A DNA stretch of 64,000 nucleotides from Octopus sinensis (lineage: Eukaryota). The notes below the pieces were generated by a model. That model was not told where the DNA came from, searched no databases, and was given only the letters and a program-made list of their open reading frames with translations. The first letter of the stretch is position 1, and every line of letters begins with the position of its first letter. Where the stretch lies: NCBI RefSeq assembly GCF_006345805.1, contig NC_043015.1, positions 27,838,001 to 27,902,000 of the forward strand. Direction: 5' to 3'. Of the stretch, positions 1 to 13,860 are shown in pieces. A program made the translations under genes and the position numbers.

Positions 1-44
1 TTGCCCGCTCTGGGATCTTTCTTTCCTCTCTCTTCCTTCTTTAT

Positions 45-79
45 GTTTCCGACGAAGAGCTCCGCTCGAAACGTCATAC
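45..79 (+). ncRNA. Minimal type-I hammerhead motif, U4C core (Penelope-like)
   Basis: guuu-CCGACGA-a-GAGC ucc GCUC-GAAA-C-GUC-auac. Helix III palindrome ACGU; helix I has a mismatch. Confidence 0.6.
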
Positions 80-204
80 CTCCCTGCTTCCATTTCCTGA
101 GCGCTTATTAATAATAATACTGTAATTGTTCCATTGTTGTTGTTTTTTTTGTTTCCCGTTTGGATTAAAAAAAAAATATATATATATATATACACATATA
201 CATA

Positions 205-720
205 TATAATAATAATATTAGGTAATATAATTCCATAATTACAGGGAAAAATTAATTGGATTTTATTTTCTAGTAATAATGATATATTATAGTTTGTTAT
301 TCTTTTATTATATAAGTTTAAATTTTACTTTTATAAATATAATAAATATTTATACCTATTTATTCTATTTTTATTTACACCAGAATATATTTGCTAAGAT
401 ATTTCGTATTTTACAAGATTATATACGTATATTTATTTAATTATTTATTTTATTTTTAATCTTTGACCTCAGGAGTGGCTATATTTAAATTGAATCGATT
501 TTACTGTTAAAAGTTCTTCAATATAGCCACGAAACACGTGTAGTCATTTTACAAAATATATACGTTTTATTTATCATTTTGTACATTATTTAATCATTGA
601 TATATGTTTTTAACTTAAATTTAATTTTTTGTTTAGGATGAAATTTTTTCTATATGGTATAATTAAATTTTTTCATTGTTGAATTGATAAAAGGTGGTTT
701 ATTTCTAATTATGTATATAT
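205..720 (+). mobile_element. AT-rich non-autonomous Penelope-like element between (TA)n tracts
   Basis: Carries the 464-546 hammerhead. Short segments recur at 5820-5940 and 27730-27790. Classification is inferred from the hammerhead association. Confidence 0.5.
464..546 (+). ncRNA. Type-I hammerhead motif with extended helix II, G5C core (probably inactivated)
   Basis: UGAC-CUCAGGA-GUGGCUAUAUU(475-485)...AAUAUAGCCAC(520-530)-GAAAC-ACGU-GUA-GUCA. Helix II is a perfect 11 bp; helix I is 4 bp. Confidence 0.7.
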
Positions 721-722
721 AC

Positions 723-729
<7 letters not shown>

Positions 730-780
<51 letters not shown>

Positions 781-797
781 ATATTTAATATTTATAT

Positions 798-866
<69 letters not shown>

Positions 867-867
867 T

Positions 868-899
<32 letters not shown>

Positions 900-1040
900 C
901 ATATATTTATATATATATATACATATATTTATATATATATATACATATATTTATATATATATATACATATATTATATATATATAATATATATATACACAC
1001 ATATATATATATATATATCTATATATATATATATATACAT
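730..1040. repeat. (TA)n microsatellite; similar tracts at about 1470-1655, 2170-2295, 3036-3312, 24999-25325, 39280-39555 and 43660-44070
   Basis: Direct reading; source of the spurious IY-rich ORFs. Confidence 0.95.
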
Positions 1041-1041
1041 A

Positions 1042-1447
1042 GGCGCATATATACAGTGCTGTGTGGTAAGTAGCTTGCTTACCAGCCATATGGTCCGGGT
1101 TCAGTCCCACTTCGTGGAATCTTGAGCAAGTGTCTTCTGCTTTAGCCTCGGGCCGACCAATGCCTTGTGAGTGAATTTGGTAGACGGAAACTGAAAGAAC
1201 CCTGTCGTGTATATATATATATATGTATGTGTGTATATGTTTGTGTGTCTGTGTTTGTCCCCCAGGCATTGCTTGACAACCGATGCTGGTGTGGTACGTC
1301 CCCGTCACTTAGCGGTTCGGCAAAAGAGACCGATAGAATAAGTACTGGGCTTACAAAGAATAAATCCCGGGTCGATTTGCTCGCTCTAAGGCGGTGCTCC
1401 AGCATGGCCGCAGTCAATGACTGAACAAGTAAGTAAAAGATAAAAGA
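1042..1447 (+). mobile_element. tRNA-derived composite SINE, family A (CORE-like CCTTGGGCAAGT motif, internal (TA)/(TG) linker, GTAAAAGA tail)
   Basis: Pol III A/B-box-like head; high identity to the copies at 10775, 42302, 53035 and 57344. Confidence 0.85.
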
Positions 1448-1546
1448 ATATATCACCTATATTTATATATATAAAATATATATATATTAACCTATATATA
1501 TATATAATATATATATACATGTATATATATACATGTATATATATAC

Positions 1547-1579
<33 letters not shown>

Positions 1580-1600
1580 CATATATATACATATATATAT

Positions 1601-1659
<59 letters not shown>

Positions 1660-2174
1660 CCCTCTCTGGCTTCCACGATAATCCAGCGTTTACAATACTT
1701 TTCGTCTGGCGTTAACAGCCCTTCTTATCTTGTTCTCCTTGTCTTGTCTCTCACTGTTATATATTTATTTTTCCACTGTTTATATATATATTTTTTACTG
1801 TTTATATGTTTGTACTGTCGTTACCGTCTTGTTTTTTTACCCCTCTGCGAAAAGATCTCAGAATTTTAATTGATTGCTTTTCGCGGGAAGGAATTTTTCT
1901 TCGAAGTATACGTCTCGCTTTATCCTTCGAAACGTTTAGTAGATGAAATCTTAGCGACTGAAGAAGGGGATTTTTCGTTGTGCTTATTGTCCTGTATCTC
2001 TCCTTTTTTTTGCTTGTCTTGTTCCTTGGTTTGTGTCTATGTGTTTCGTCTCTCTATGTGTTCGACGTCTTTTTGGTGTCCTGTACACATATATGCGTGT
2101 ATATGTACATGTAGAGGTAGGTACGTACATATATGTTTATATATATGCATATATTCTATTTTATTAACATATAT

Positions 2175-2241
<67 letters not shown>

Positions 2242-2295
2242 TATATATATATAGATATATATATATATATATATATCTATATAGATATATATCTA

Positions 2296-3153
<858 letters not shown>

Positions 3154-3159
3154 CTATAT

Positions 3160-3232
<73 letters not shown>

Positions 3233-3588
3233 TATATACATATAGATATATATACATATATATATATATATACACATATATATATATACATATATATATA
3301 TATACATATATATCGGTTCCGTTTTCAGCAGAGAAAGACGTGATTGCCTTTGCTCTGTGAAAAAGTTTGCATAGAACGGCGAAAACCCACTGTAGTTGCA
3401 AAACGTAAAACTCTAAGTCATAGAGATCACTACAACACTTTGGTTTTAAAATATTTTTAAAAATATATATATAAATATATACATATACACAGTAATTTTC
3501 ATTTTCGCCGAAACGCACATGGTGCAAAAATAACTGAATCAAGTTATCTCCTGCAAGAAAGAAAAAAGAAGCATCTCTCTTGAAAAAA

Positions 3589-3688
3589 NNNNNNNNNNNN
3601 NNNNNNNNNNNNNNNNNNNNNNNNNNNNNNNNNNNNNNNNNNNNNNNNNNNNNNNNNNNNNNNNNNNNNNNNNNNNNNNNNNNNNNNN
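3589..3688. other. Assembly gap (100 N)
   Basis: Run of n. Confidence 1.
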
Positions 3689-3716
3689 CGTCGTCCGCGT
3701 ATGCAGACCGCTCGTC

Positions 3717-3760
<44 letters not shown>

Positions 3761-3831
3761 TAGATAGATAGATAGATAGATAGAGAATGATAGATAGATA
3801 GATAGATAGATAGATAGAGAGATAGATAGAG

Positions 3832-3866
<35 letters not shown>

Positions 3867-3895
3867 GAGATAGATAGATAGATAGACAGACAGAT
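3717..3895. repeat. (AGAT)n microsatellite
   Basis: Direct reading. Confidence 0.95.
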
Positions 3896-4963
3896 AAATA
3901 CACATATGGATAAATAGATACATAGATAAACAGATACACTCACACACAACACACACCACACAGAGGCTTCTGAAGGTTTCCATCTAAATTCCTCTACTAC
4001 AAAGCTTTGGACTATAATGAAAGACATTTGTGTAAGGTGCCACACAGAAGGACTGAACCCAAATCCCCATGGCTGTGAAGTCATCATCATCATCATTGTC
4101 ATTTAATATTCACTTTCCATGCTAGCATGGGTTGGACGATTTGACTGAGGGCTGGCGAACCAGGCTCCAATCTTGATCTGGCAGAGTTTCTACAGCTGGA
4201 TGCCCTTCCTAATGCCAACCACTCCGAGAGTGTAGTGGGTGCGAACTTATTATCTATACAGCTTGAATTAGAGTTTAAACATAGGTGTAAATAACATTTA
4301 AATATCAGCTTTACCTCATGTAAAGCACAAATGACCAGTAATGGTAAAATCTTGATTCAAAGAATATAATAATCACATAAGCTACAAGATTTTCCAAAGA
4401 AAATTTGGTATATGGAAGAGAAAAAGATCACGTATGTAGTAGATAAATTATTAATACATTTTTCAAAGACATTATCTGAAACAGAAATAAAATGTTTAGT
4501 TTGAATCTAAGAGAAATGAAACATTATGTTATTAAAATTCATAAATACTTCACGTTTAACCGTACAACAAAAGAATATTGACTTTTGTGCTTAGAATTTC
4601 TGAAATTAATCTGGAAAAGGTTAAATGAAACATTGGTCAGAAAAACATCACAAAAACCTAAAGATCACACAATGTTTGGCAAAAGATATTTTTACATGAA
4701 TAGGATTAAGTTAAACATCTGTCTAGCAGTGAAATAAAAATAATTTCAAAGTTCAGTGACCTACCTGCAACCTGTGAAACATTTAGGTGAAGAGACAAAG
4801 TAATAGTCTTATAAGCCATTATAAGTTGCCGGATAACAGCTGAAGGTTTAGTCTTTGGGTAGAGAGTAGTTCAAGACGATGACGTATTGGGATGGTTACT
4901 TGTCTGATGCATTATATAAAACTCATGGGAGATCTTTGAGCCAAGTACAGCAAGATTAATTAA

Positions 4964-5520
4964 CCCTTTAGCATTCAGATTCCTCTGTCAAAATATAACT
5001 GGCACTCTGTTGGTTATGATAACGAGGGTCCCAGTTGATCTGATCGATGGAACAACCTGCTCTTGAAATTAGCATACAAGTGGTTGAGTACTCCACAGAC
5101 ATGTGTCCCCTTAATGTAGTTCTCAGGGAGATTCAGCATGACACAGAATGTGACAAGGCTGGCCCTTTTGAAATACAGATACTACTAATTTTTTCCAGCT
5201 CAGTGAACAGGAGCAATGTGAAATAAAGTGTCTTGCTCAAGGACACAATGTGTTGCTAGGAATTGAACTCCTGACCTTATGATTGTAAGCCAAACACCCT
5301 AACCACTAAGCCATGCACCTTCACTTCTGTCAAATATAATGTTTATCTATTCACATTAAATTAATCATGCATTATCTTATAGCTTCAAAATTTCAATGAT
5401 GTGACTGTTTATTTTCAGAATGACATTGTAGGAAAGAAGTGAGAAGTCTGATCTGACCAGTTTGAAGATAAAAATGGGAAAATATTTGGGCCTGATATGG
5501 CTGGTTTAAATGCTAGAAGA
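4964..5520. mobile_element. Older TTAA-flanked MITE interrupted by a SINE
   Basis: TTAA|ccctttagcatt...aatgctagaaga|TTAA; imperfect TIRs. Confidence 0.55.
4999..5326 (-). mobile_element. tRNA-derived SINE (tgtgtccttgagcaagacac central motif) nested in a TTAA MITE
   Basis: Minus-strand head TGGCTTAGTGG...GGAGTTCAATTCC; TSD ctgtcaaa(a)tataa at 4985-4998 and 5327-5339. Confidence 0.75.
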
Positions 5521-5779
5521 TTAAGCATCAACAAGTTATGCAGTACCATCACAGCTTTATAGATGCCAAATTTACCATTCCATGGTATAGGACTATTGAT
5601 ATTTTAGAACCTTATTGTATTTTGTCAGCTGTAAGTTTTTGTTGAAGAAATGAATGAGTTGTAGGTTTTTAGACTCAATAAATAAATAATAATCGTAACA
5701 CACACACACACATATATACAGTGGACTTCCACACAGTTTCCACGTATCATATTCCTTCAAAAGGCATTGGTTGGCATGG

Positions 5780-5816
<37 letters not shown>

Positions 5817-6051
5817 TAGAAAAAAAACACCTTTTATCAATTCTAATTTTTTATATATATATTATATAGTGTGAAATTTGATTTAGTATTTCTAAATTGA
5901 ATTTTTTTTTTTCCTTGTAAGTTTGGATTTTATTCCTTCAAATATATATTATATATATATATATATAGTAGAAGACTCTTACCAAAGTGCCATACAGAAG
6001 GAATGAACTTGAAACTATGTGATCGCAAAGTGAGTTTCCTAACTTCACAAT

Positions 6052-6127
<76 letters not shown>

Positions 6128-6282
6128 AATATATAAATACATACATGCATATATATATATATACACACACACACACAAATATATACTAATACACCTGTTT
6201 GTTTTGTACACCACCTGTCTTCGTCTTTTGTTTTTTTCGTAAACTTACCCTATATATATATATAAATACATATATGCATATA

Positions 6283-6314
<32 letters not shown>

Positions 6315-6900
6315 ATATTAATTAGAAAACCGTAGGTGAAGAAAGAAACAAATATGAAAGATTACAATGCAATAAAGGTATTTTTATTTGCCCATTCCAA
6401 CATACATTTACAGGTATTGATTAAGGCGGGAATAAACGAAGCTTTTTCCACCTCAGATGCTATGTTGCCGTTATATAAGAGTCATGCAGAAATTATTAAT
6501 AATAAGGAAACAACGGAAAAAAATTATAAAAAAGAAAGACAAACAAACCAATGAATGAAATAAATGAAAGTAAAAAAAAAGAAAATTTTGAGAACATGTA
6601 TGAAAAAAAAAACAGACAACAACAAAAAAAAAGGTAATAAATAAAGGACAGCCCAGATATTGATGCCATAAAATAATCGGTAACTTGCTGATAAGCAATG
6701 TAGTATGTCATGAGAATCTTGGGAAAGCTATCTGATGTCATAGTATGCATGAGTGCAAAAATAATTTCAGAAGAAAATATTACCAGAGATTACTAACAAA
6801 AATAGAAGACAATTTTTTTTTTTTTGCTTGTTTCCAATATATAAATATCAACTGTTACAAATACTCAACAAAATGAAGCAAAATGATAGACAATCTAGAA

Positions 6901-7143
6901 CAGTAGTTCTCAAATGGGTTCCATGTAAGATTTTGTTAAAATTTATATGCAATAAACTGGTTAAACTTTTACAGTACACTAAATATTTTAGCAATTATTT
7001 TAATACAATTCCTGGTAATAGATATTTAATTATAAATATATAGTAGGATTTCTTAAGCCCTGAATAGCTATGAGGGTCCATTCATGTAAAATAGGAATCA
7101 AAGGGGGTCATAGGTAAAAAAAAAAAATGGCTAAGAAACGCTG
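6901..7143. mobile_element. hAT-like MITE
   Basis: CAGTAGTTCTCAA...TAAGAAACGCTG; TSD atctagaa/atctaaaa (7/8). Confidence 0.7.
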
Positions 7144-9880
7144 ATCTAAAACATTGGCACCAAAACTACAAATGTAAGTCTTAGAATATGTAAGAAAAGT
7201 CTTATATTTAATTTATTTTATTATTTTTAATCAGCAGAAGTTATGAAGTGACTCAAGGTTGAGAATATCGTGGACGGCACTTATCAAATTTTTGGGTCAC
7301 TTTATAAGTTTTGCTAATTAAAATAACATTTTCAAATTCAAAAATAACATTTTAAAAATCACAGGGCCAGTGATTTTGCAGGGTGGAGTAAGTTGACTAC
7401 ATTGACTCCAGTGCACAATTGGTACTTATTTTATCGACCCTGAAGGGACGAAAGGCAAAGTTGACATCAATGGTGTTTGAACTTAAGAATGTAAAGCTGA
7501 AGGAAATGCTAAGCAATTTGTCTGGCATAGTAATGGTTCTACCATTTCACTGCCTTCTGCTGTGTAAAATAAAATATATTTACTCATGTACTGAGTTTTG
7601 TTCATCTTGTTCTACCAAATCTATATGATAAGACCAACTGAAGAAATTTACAAAGCTTAACTAATTATTACATTAACTATAATCTTTTCTACTCTAGGCA
7701 TAAGGCCCAAAATTCTTGGGGAAGGAGCTAATCGATTAGATTGAACTCAGTACGCAACTGGTACTTAATTTATCAACCCCGAAAAGATGAAAGACAAAGT
7801 CGACTTTGGCGGAATTTGAACTCAGAATGTAAAGACAGACGAAATAGGCATTTCGCTCGGCATACTAACGATTCAACCAGCTCGCCATCTTACAATGTTA
7901 ACTATAATAAGAACAATATAACTAGATGTGTATAGAGGCTTTAAGTGACTGATTGGACTATAAAGTATATACTGTAGGACAGACAGGATCCAGGCTTTGC
8001 TGAGGTGGATGGTGAAGGAAGGCAAAAGGAAAAGGAAACAAAAAGAACAAATAAGAATAAAGATAGGCAGGTAGAATTAGATGTAGGCTTAATTCCAGTC
8101 TGCAAATGATTGAGAAAGCCACAGAAATGGAAACATACCACTGATATATCGCTATTCTTTTTTCTCCAATTCATGTAATAAGAAATTAATATGATCAATT
8201 TAAAATAACAAAACTTTAGATACCAGTAAAACACAAGAAATAAATATAAAAAAATAAAGCCATATGTGAAAGAACAATAATTCTAAAAAATGGTTCACTG
8301 GCATATCCTAATGAGAATACTCAGAATGTACAACTAATGTCCTACAGAGTATATTGTTTGTACAATGGACATTGTTACAGAGACTGTACTCAATTTTTAC
8401 AACTGACATGTCCAAATGATAAAATTCAGAGCAGATAGCTGAAATATCCTAGTGAGTATATCATTTATACTCAGTTGACATACTCACTTTGCACAACTGA
8501 CATGTCCTGGTGAGAAAACTCAGAGTGGACAGCAGAAATGTCATAAGGAGTATACCATCAATACTCAGTTTGCATAAGTAATACAATCCAATGTTTCTAT
8601 GGATTTAACTTTTTTGATTTGTTTATGAACAAGTTAATATTATTTTCAATTAGCATAAATGACATTTTTGTTTACCTTACTCTAAAAGTCATCACTAGGC
8701 ACGTGGCCTAGTGGTTAGGGTGTGGCACTCATGATCTAGTGATCATGGATTCAATTTCCAGGTCATGCAGTGTATCGTGTTCTTGAGCAGCCCTAACTAA
8801 AAGAACTATGATCAGAGGTTTTTGGCCTTAACAAGCTCCTCCTTTTAGGCACAATGCATCTACAATTACTCTATCTAGTGCATCCCTTAATTTCCTGTCC
8901 CTCTGCGGGAGGGAGTATGGTAGAATCATTGGTGCTTTGGCAAAGATGTTTTTGGTATATCTTCTGGCTCTCTACATTCCGAGTTCAAATCCCACCTGCA
9001 TGGAGAAGGCAACAGAAAACCAAACCACTCCAGAATTCATTCCAGGTCTAATGATAGTAGCCAAAGTTTTAGAGAGAGAGGGATAAGTTGATTACATCAA
9101 CCCCCAGTGTGCAACAGGTACTTATTTCATCAACCCCAAAAGAATGAAAGGTAAAGTTAATCCTGGCAGCATTTGAACTCAGAATGTAAAGATGGATGAA
9201 ATATCATTAAACATTTTGTCCAGCGTGGGAATCATTCTGCCAGCTTGCTGCCTTAATAACGATAATAATAATAATAATAATTACTATTATTATTTTACTG
9301 TTATGTGTAATTTTTTCTTCCCCTTCATTAAAATGGTCAATTTGGTTACAGATGGACATGTTAATTAAACATCAATAGACATAAGAGTTGCAATAATAGT
9401 TCTGTTGATATTTTACTTTCGATTCTAATGAGAAGCTATATTCCATTATTATCCGGAGTAAATCTAAGCTATCTTTTGTAATAATACGATGGCTTTTGCA
9501 GCGTTAGAAATAGCAGATAAAAGGCAACTGAATATTAAGAATGCTTCTTAAGTCTAAATAAATACAATTAATTTTGTTATCTTAGCGAGTGAAGGATTAA
9601 TTAACAACACATAAAGGTAATGAGATTCTGAAATTTCATGTAACGATTGTGCCAAGAATAATATAACAGAGTCTATCTAAAAATCTAAGTGTTTATAATC
9701 TATAGATGCAAGCATGGCTGTGTGGTTTGAGAAGCTTCCCAACCATGAGGTTTTGGTTTCAGTTCCACTCTGCAGCACCTTGAGCAACTATAGCCCCAGG
9801 CTGACCAAAGCTTTTGTTAGTGGATTTGGTAGATGGAAACTGAAACTAAACCTGTAGTATACTTGGTATATTTAGTATAT

Positions 9881-10092
9881 AAGGCAGTGAGTAGGCAGAA
9901 ATGCGTAGCCGTATTTCGTCTGTTGTTATGTTCTGAGTTCAAATTCTGCCGAGGTCGACTTTGCCTTTCATCCTTTTGGGGTCGATAAATTAAGTACCAG
10001 TTACGCACTGGGGTCGATGTAATCGACTTAATCCCTTTGCCTGTCCTTGTTTGTCCCCTCTGTGTTTAGCCCCTTGTGGGCAGTAAAGAAAT
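9881..10092 (+). mobile_element. SINE family B (Deu/Nin-domain-like GCCTTTCATCCTTTCGGGGTCGATAAATTAAGTACC)
   Basis: Matches the 45262-45493 monomer. The Deu/Nin resemblance is from memory of those domains. Confidence 0.8.
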
Positions 10093-10123
10093 ATATATTT
10101 GGGTGTGTACATTTATTCATACC

Positions 10124-10354
10124 TATTTCTTTATTACCCACAAGGGGCTAAACATAGAGGGGACAAACAAGGACAGACATAGGTATTAAGTCGATTACAT
10201 CAACCCCAGTGTGTAACTGGTACTTAATTTATTGACCCCGAAAGGATGAAAGGCAAAGTCGACCTCGGCGGAATTTGAACTCACAACGTAACGCAGATGA
10301 AATACCGCTAAGCATTTCGCCCGGCGTGCTACCGTTTCTGCCAGTTCACCGACT
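10124..10354 (-). mobile_element. SINE family B with 12-bp TSD
   Basis: TSD tttattcatacc at 10112-10123 and 10355-10366. Confidence 0.9.
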
Positions 10355-10774
10355 TTTATTCATACCATTGTATGACATCATGTGATAACTGTAAATGAGC
10401 ATCACTGTGATACAAGCGGTGTTGTTTGCTTCCTGTCTTACAGAAAAAAAAAAAAACATGTCTAGCTATGGGGAAATATTACCTTGCTTGGAAACAGGCT
10501 GATAACAAGAAAGGTATCTGGTTGTTGAAAAACCTGTCTCAACAAGTTCCATCTGACCCATGCAAGCCTGGAAAAGTGGACATTAAACAATGACGATGTT
10601 TCTCCTCAGTTGTATATAGAATTATTCATGAGCAAGTTTTAATCTCCTAAAATTCTAGAATGGCATAGAAATATCAGGTTTTGAATCTAGAAAAATTTCA
10701 AAACAGAATATGAATATTAATATTAAAAAAAAAAGAAAAGAAAAAGAAAATAAAAGGCCAGTATTTTAACTGAT

Positions 10775-11169
10775 TTACTCTCTCTTTTACTCTTTTACTT
10801 GTTTCAGTCATTTGACTGCGGCCATGCTGGAGCACCACCTTTAGTCGAGCAAATCGACCCCGGGACTTATTCTTTTGTAAGCCCAGTACTTATTCTATCG
10901 GTCTCTTTTGCCAAACCGCTAATTGACGGGGACATAAACACACCAGCATCGGTTGTCAAGCAATGCTAGAGGGACAAACACAGACACACACACACTCATA
11001 CATATATATGATGGGCTTCTTTCAGTTTCCGTCGTCTACCAAATCCACTCACAAGGCATTGGTCGGCCCGGGGCTATAGCAGAAGACACTTGCCCAAGAT
11101 GCCAGGCAGTGGGAATGAACCCGGAACCATGTGGTTGGTTAGCAAGCTACTTACTACACAACCACTCCT
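10775..11169 (-). mobile_element. SINE family A
   Basis: Reverse complement of the family A head and tail. Confidence 0.85.
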
Positions 11170-11662
11170 ACTACTAATAATAGTTTACCTATACAAAAAC
11201 CAAATATTTCTAATTCAAGTCACCAACAGGAGAGGAATTGTAGCTAATAAGGCTCTGCTATGACCAGCTTTCATGTTACCTAGTTAAAATGCATGGAGTT
11301 ATGAAAATAAATATTTTCAATGCTTTATCCTTCTATAAAACAATCTTTACAGGCTGAACAGCATTTTAAAAATTTGTAATTTAAAATCTATAAAACTGAC
11401 AGCCAGTTGCCAGAGGAGACAAACAGCATTTTAGCTTTATCATTCTATCCCAAATACATATACACATGTGCTACATATACTCTGTATGTGCGTGTGTATT
11501 GTAAATATATATTACATACACATCTACATTTTTTAAACAATGTGAAATGTTCTCATAAAAAGAGACCATATATGAAAAATAACAAAATGTGAGGACTAAA
11601 TTCTAAGTTTTATTTTTTATACATGTTTAGTCTTTATATCAAGCAACTCCAAGTTTGTTTAA

Positions 11663-11884
11663 CCCTTTCGTTACCAACCCGGCCAAAACCGGCTCTGGCT
11701 CTGTAGAACAAATGTCTTGTTTTTAAAAGTTCTGAATTAAAATCTTCCACCAAATCTTTAGTCACAATTTATGTTCCTAACACTAGCTGAATGATAACTA
11801 AGTTCTTTTACTAAATTCTTTGTTATATTTAAAATAATTGAAAGAAACACAGAGCATCTCAAAATAAATACAGTAATGAAAGGG
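11663..11884 (+). mobile_element. piggyBac-type MITE (TTAA TSD)
   Basis: TTAA|CCCTTTCGTTAC...GTAATGAAAGGG|TTAA; 222 bp. Confidence 0.9.
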
Positions 11885-12024
11885 TTAAATACACTGCAAA
11901 TGTGTGTGTGTATGTGTGTTTGCAAATAAAATTAATGTAAGCTCACACACAAGTATATATTACATACTGTGCATGCATGTGTATGTGTGTCTATATCTAT
12001 CTATATAGCATATATCTTGTATAT

Positions 12025-12321
12025 GGTGGAGGCGCAATGGCCCAGTGGTTAGGGCAGCGGACTCGCGGTCGTAGGATCACGGTTTCGATTCCTAGACCGG
12101 GCGTTGTGAGTGTTTATTGGGCAAAAACACCTAAAAAGCTCCACGAGGCTCCGGCAGGGGGTGGTGGTGATCCCTGCTGTACTCTTTCGCCACAACTTTC
12201 TCCTGTTGGCCTGCTCGCTTAGCCAGCGGGGTGGCGTCATTTGAAGGCTAAAAACAATGCGAACGCATTGTAACCAGCGATGTGTAACAACATCTGATGG
12301 TCTGGTCTGGTCGGTCACGTG
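12025..12321 (+). mobile_element. tRNA-derived SINE family D with 13-bp TSD
   Basis: A box TGGCCCAGTGG, B box GGTTTCGATTCC, tail cacgtg; TSD atatcttgtatat at 12012-12024 and 12322-12334. Confidence 0.9.
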
Positions 12322-12722
12322 ATATCTTGTATATATGACCTATATTGTTGTTTTGTTTCAAAGCAGCCCTAACTGAAAGAGCTATGATCAGAGGTTTTCG
12401 GCCTTGACAAGCTCTTCCTTTCAGGCACAAGGCATCTACAACTACTCTATCTAATGCATCATTCCTTTGTATATTTTCTTCTTTTATAAGACTTATGTGA
12501 TTTTGAGTTTTCTGTCAGGCCAAGCAGCAATGTAGAGGTTATCTTTTAGCTTCATATAGACATACACACATATATCTGATGATATAGTTTAATCCTACAT
12601 ACCCATGAAACTAAATTGTATGGAGCTGAGTCAAACATTAAAATATATACGTAACTCCAACCAAATGTATTGAGTGCTACATTCTTTCATTTGTCCATAC
12701 TCATTTGTGTGTGTGTATATAT

Positions 12723-13020
12723 ATCATCATCATCATCATTTAGCGTCCGCTTTCCATGCTAGCATGGGTTGGATAGTTCAACTGGGGTCTGGGAAGCCAG
12801 AAGGCTGCACAAGGCCCAGTTTGATCTGGCAATGTTTTTATGGCTGGATGCCCTTCCTAACGCCAACCACTCCGTGAGTGTAGTGGGTGCTTTTTACATG
12901 CTACCGGCACTGGCAAACGGCTACGGTCAGATGGTGCTTTTTACGTGCCACCGGCACAGGGGCCAGGCGAGGCTGGCAACGACGATGATCGGATGGTGCT
13001 TTTTATGTGCCACAAGCACA
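12723..13020 (-). mobile_element. ATG-tailed retroposon family C (GGCGTTAGGAAGGGCATCCAGC 3' region, internal ~50-65 bp repeats)
   Basis: Multi-copy. Further copies at about 4079-4243, 21851-22165, 26104-26362, 29899-30215, 36180-36480, 48368-48722, 51648-51843 and 53633-54020. Confidence 0.85.
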
Positions 13021-13042
13021 CCCACACACACATATATATAAA

Positions 13043-13195
13043 TATCATTATTATTTACGTAATATAGTCTCATGGCAGCCATGTCTGATGATTATTGTTT
13101 TTACCTCTACATTTCTGAAAGCATTTTAGCACGAACCCATTTCTTAACATTAATTGGCTGTCATGAGACTATGACATTATATAAATAATAAGATA
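13043..13195. mobile_element. Small MITE-like element with ~40-bp inverted ends
   Basis: 13043-13081 pairs with 13155-13195 (atagtctcatggcagcca / tggctgtcatgagactat). Confidence 0.5.
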
Positions 13196-13489
13196 CCCAC
13201 TCTGTTCCCTAACTGATGAAAATCTATATAAATTGACACTTAAACTGGAAATTCTTGTGAGATTCTCAAGGGGAAAGAACTCTGTTCCCTCATAACTGGG
13301 TTTTGAAAGTAGAATTAGAATGTCTTAACTTTAATCTCAAACACATCTCAAAGTATTTTCCAGAAATATAAGAAACTGAGATAAGAGGAATATTAAAAAT
13401 ACTCTACTGAAATGAGATGTAGTATTTGATTACTAATTACTTACAATTAAACAGTAGTTTTAATTCAATAATTAGGATTGGTATTCTTT

Positions 13490-13860
13490 TCTTTCCTTTA
13501 CTTGTTTCAGTCATTAGACTGCAGCCAAGCAGGGCACCACCTTGAAAAATTTTTAATCAAATGAATCAACCTTAGTACTTAATTGTCTTTTTTTTCAAGT
13601 CTGGAACTTATTCTATTGGTCTCTTTTGCTGAACTGCTAAGTTATGGGGATTCAAACACACCAACACCAGTTGTCAAGTGGTGATTGTGGGGGGGACTAA
13701 CACACATGATGGGCTTCTTTCAATTTCCATCTACCAAATCCACTCACAAGGCTTTGGTTGGCCTGAGGTTATAGTAGAAGACACTTGCCCAAGGTGCCAT
13801 GCAATGGGACTGAACCTGGAACCATGTGGTTGGGAAGCAAACTTACCACACAGTCACGGT
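13490..13860 (-). mobile_element. SINE family A, diverged
   Basis: Recognisable ctaccaaatccactcacaaggctttgg and gtttcagtcatt-gactg blocks. Confidence 0.7.

Noticed and set aside
1880-1975. GAAGGA/UCCUUC-GAAACGUU followed by CUGAAGA
   Set aside because: Core and helix I cannot be assembled into one consistent hammerhead; at most a badly decayed remnant.
3689-3716. CpG-rich 28-mer next to the gap (possible adapter)
   Set aside because: Does not match any adapter I can recall with confidence; contig-end noise cannot be excluded, and a UniVec search would settle it.
9421-9510. CUAAUGA-GAAGCUAU...AUGGCUUUU-GCAGCGUU
   Set aside because: Three or more core positions are changed; too degenerate to call.
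12025-12100. tRNA-like sequence with A and B boxes
   Set aside because: No complete cloverleaf; it runs on into a SINE body with a TSD, so it is a SINE head rather than a tRNA gene.
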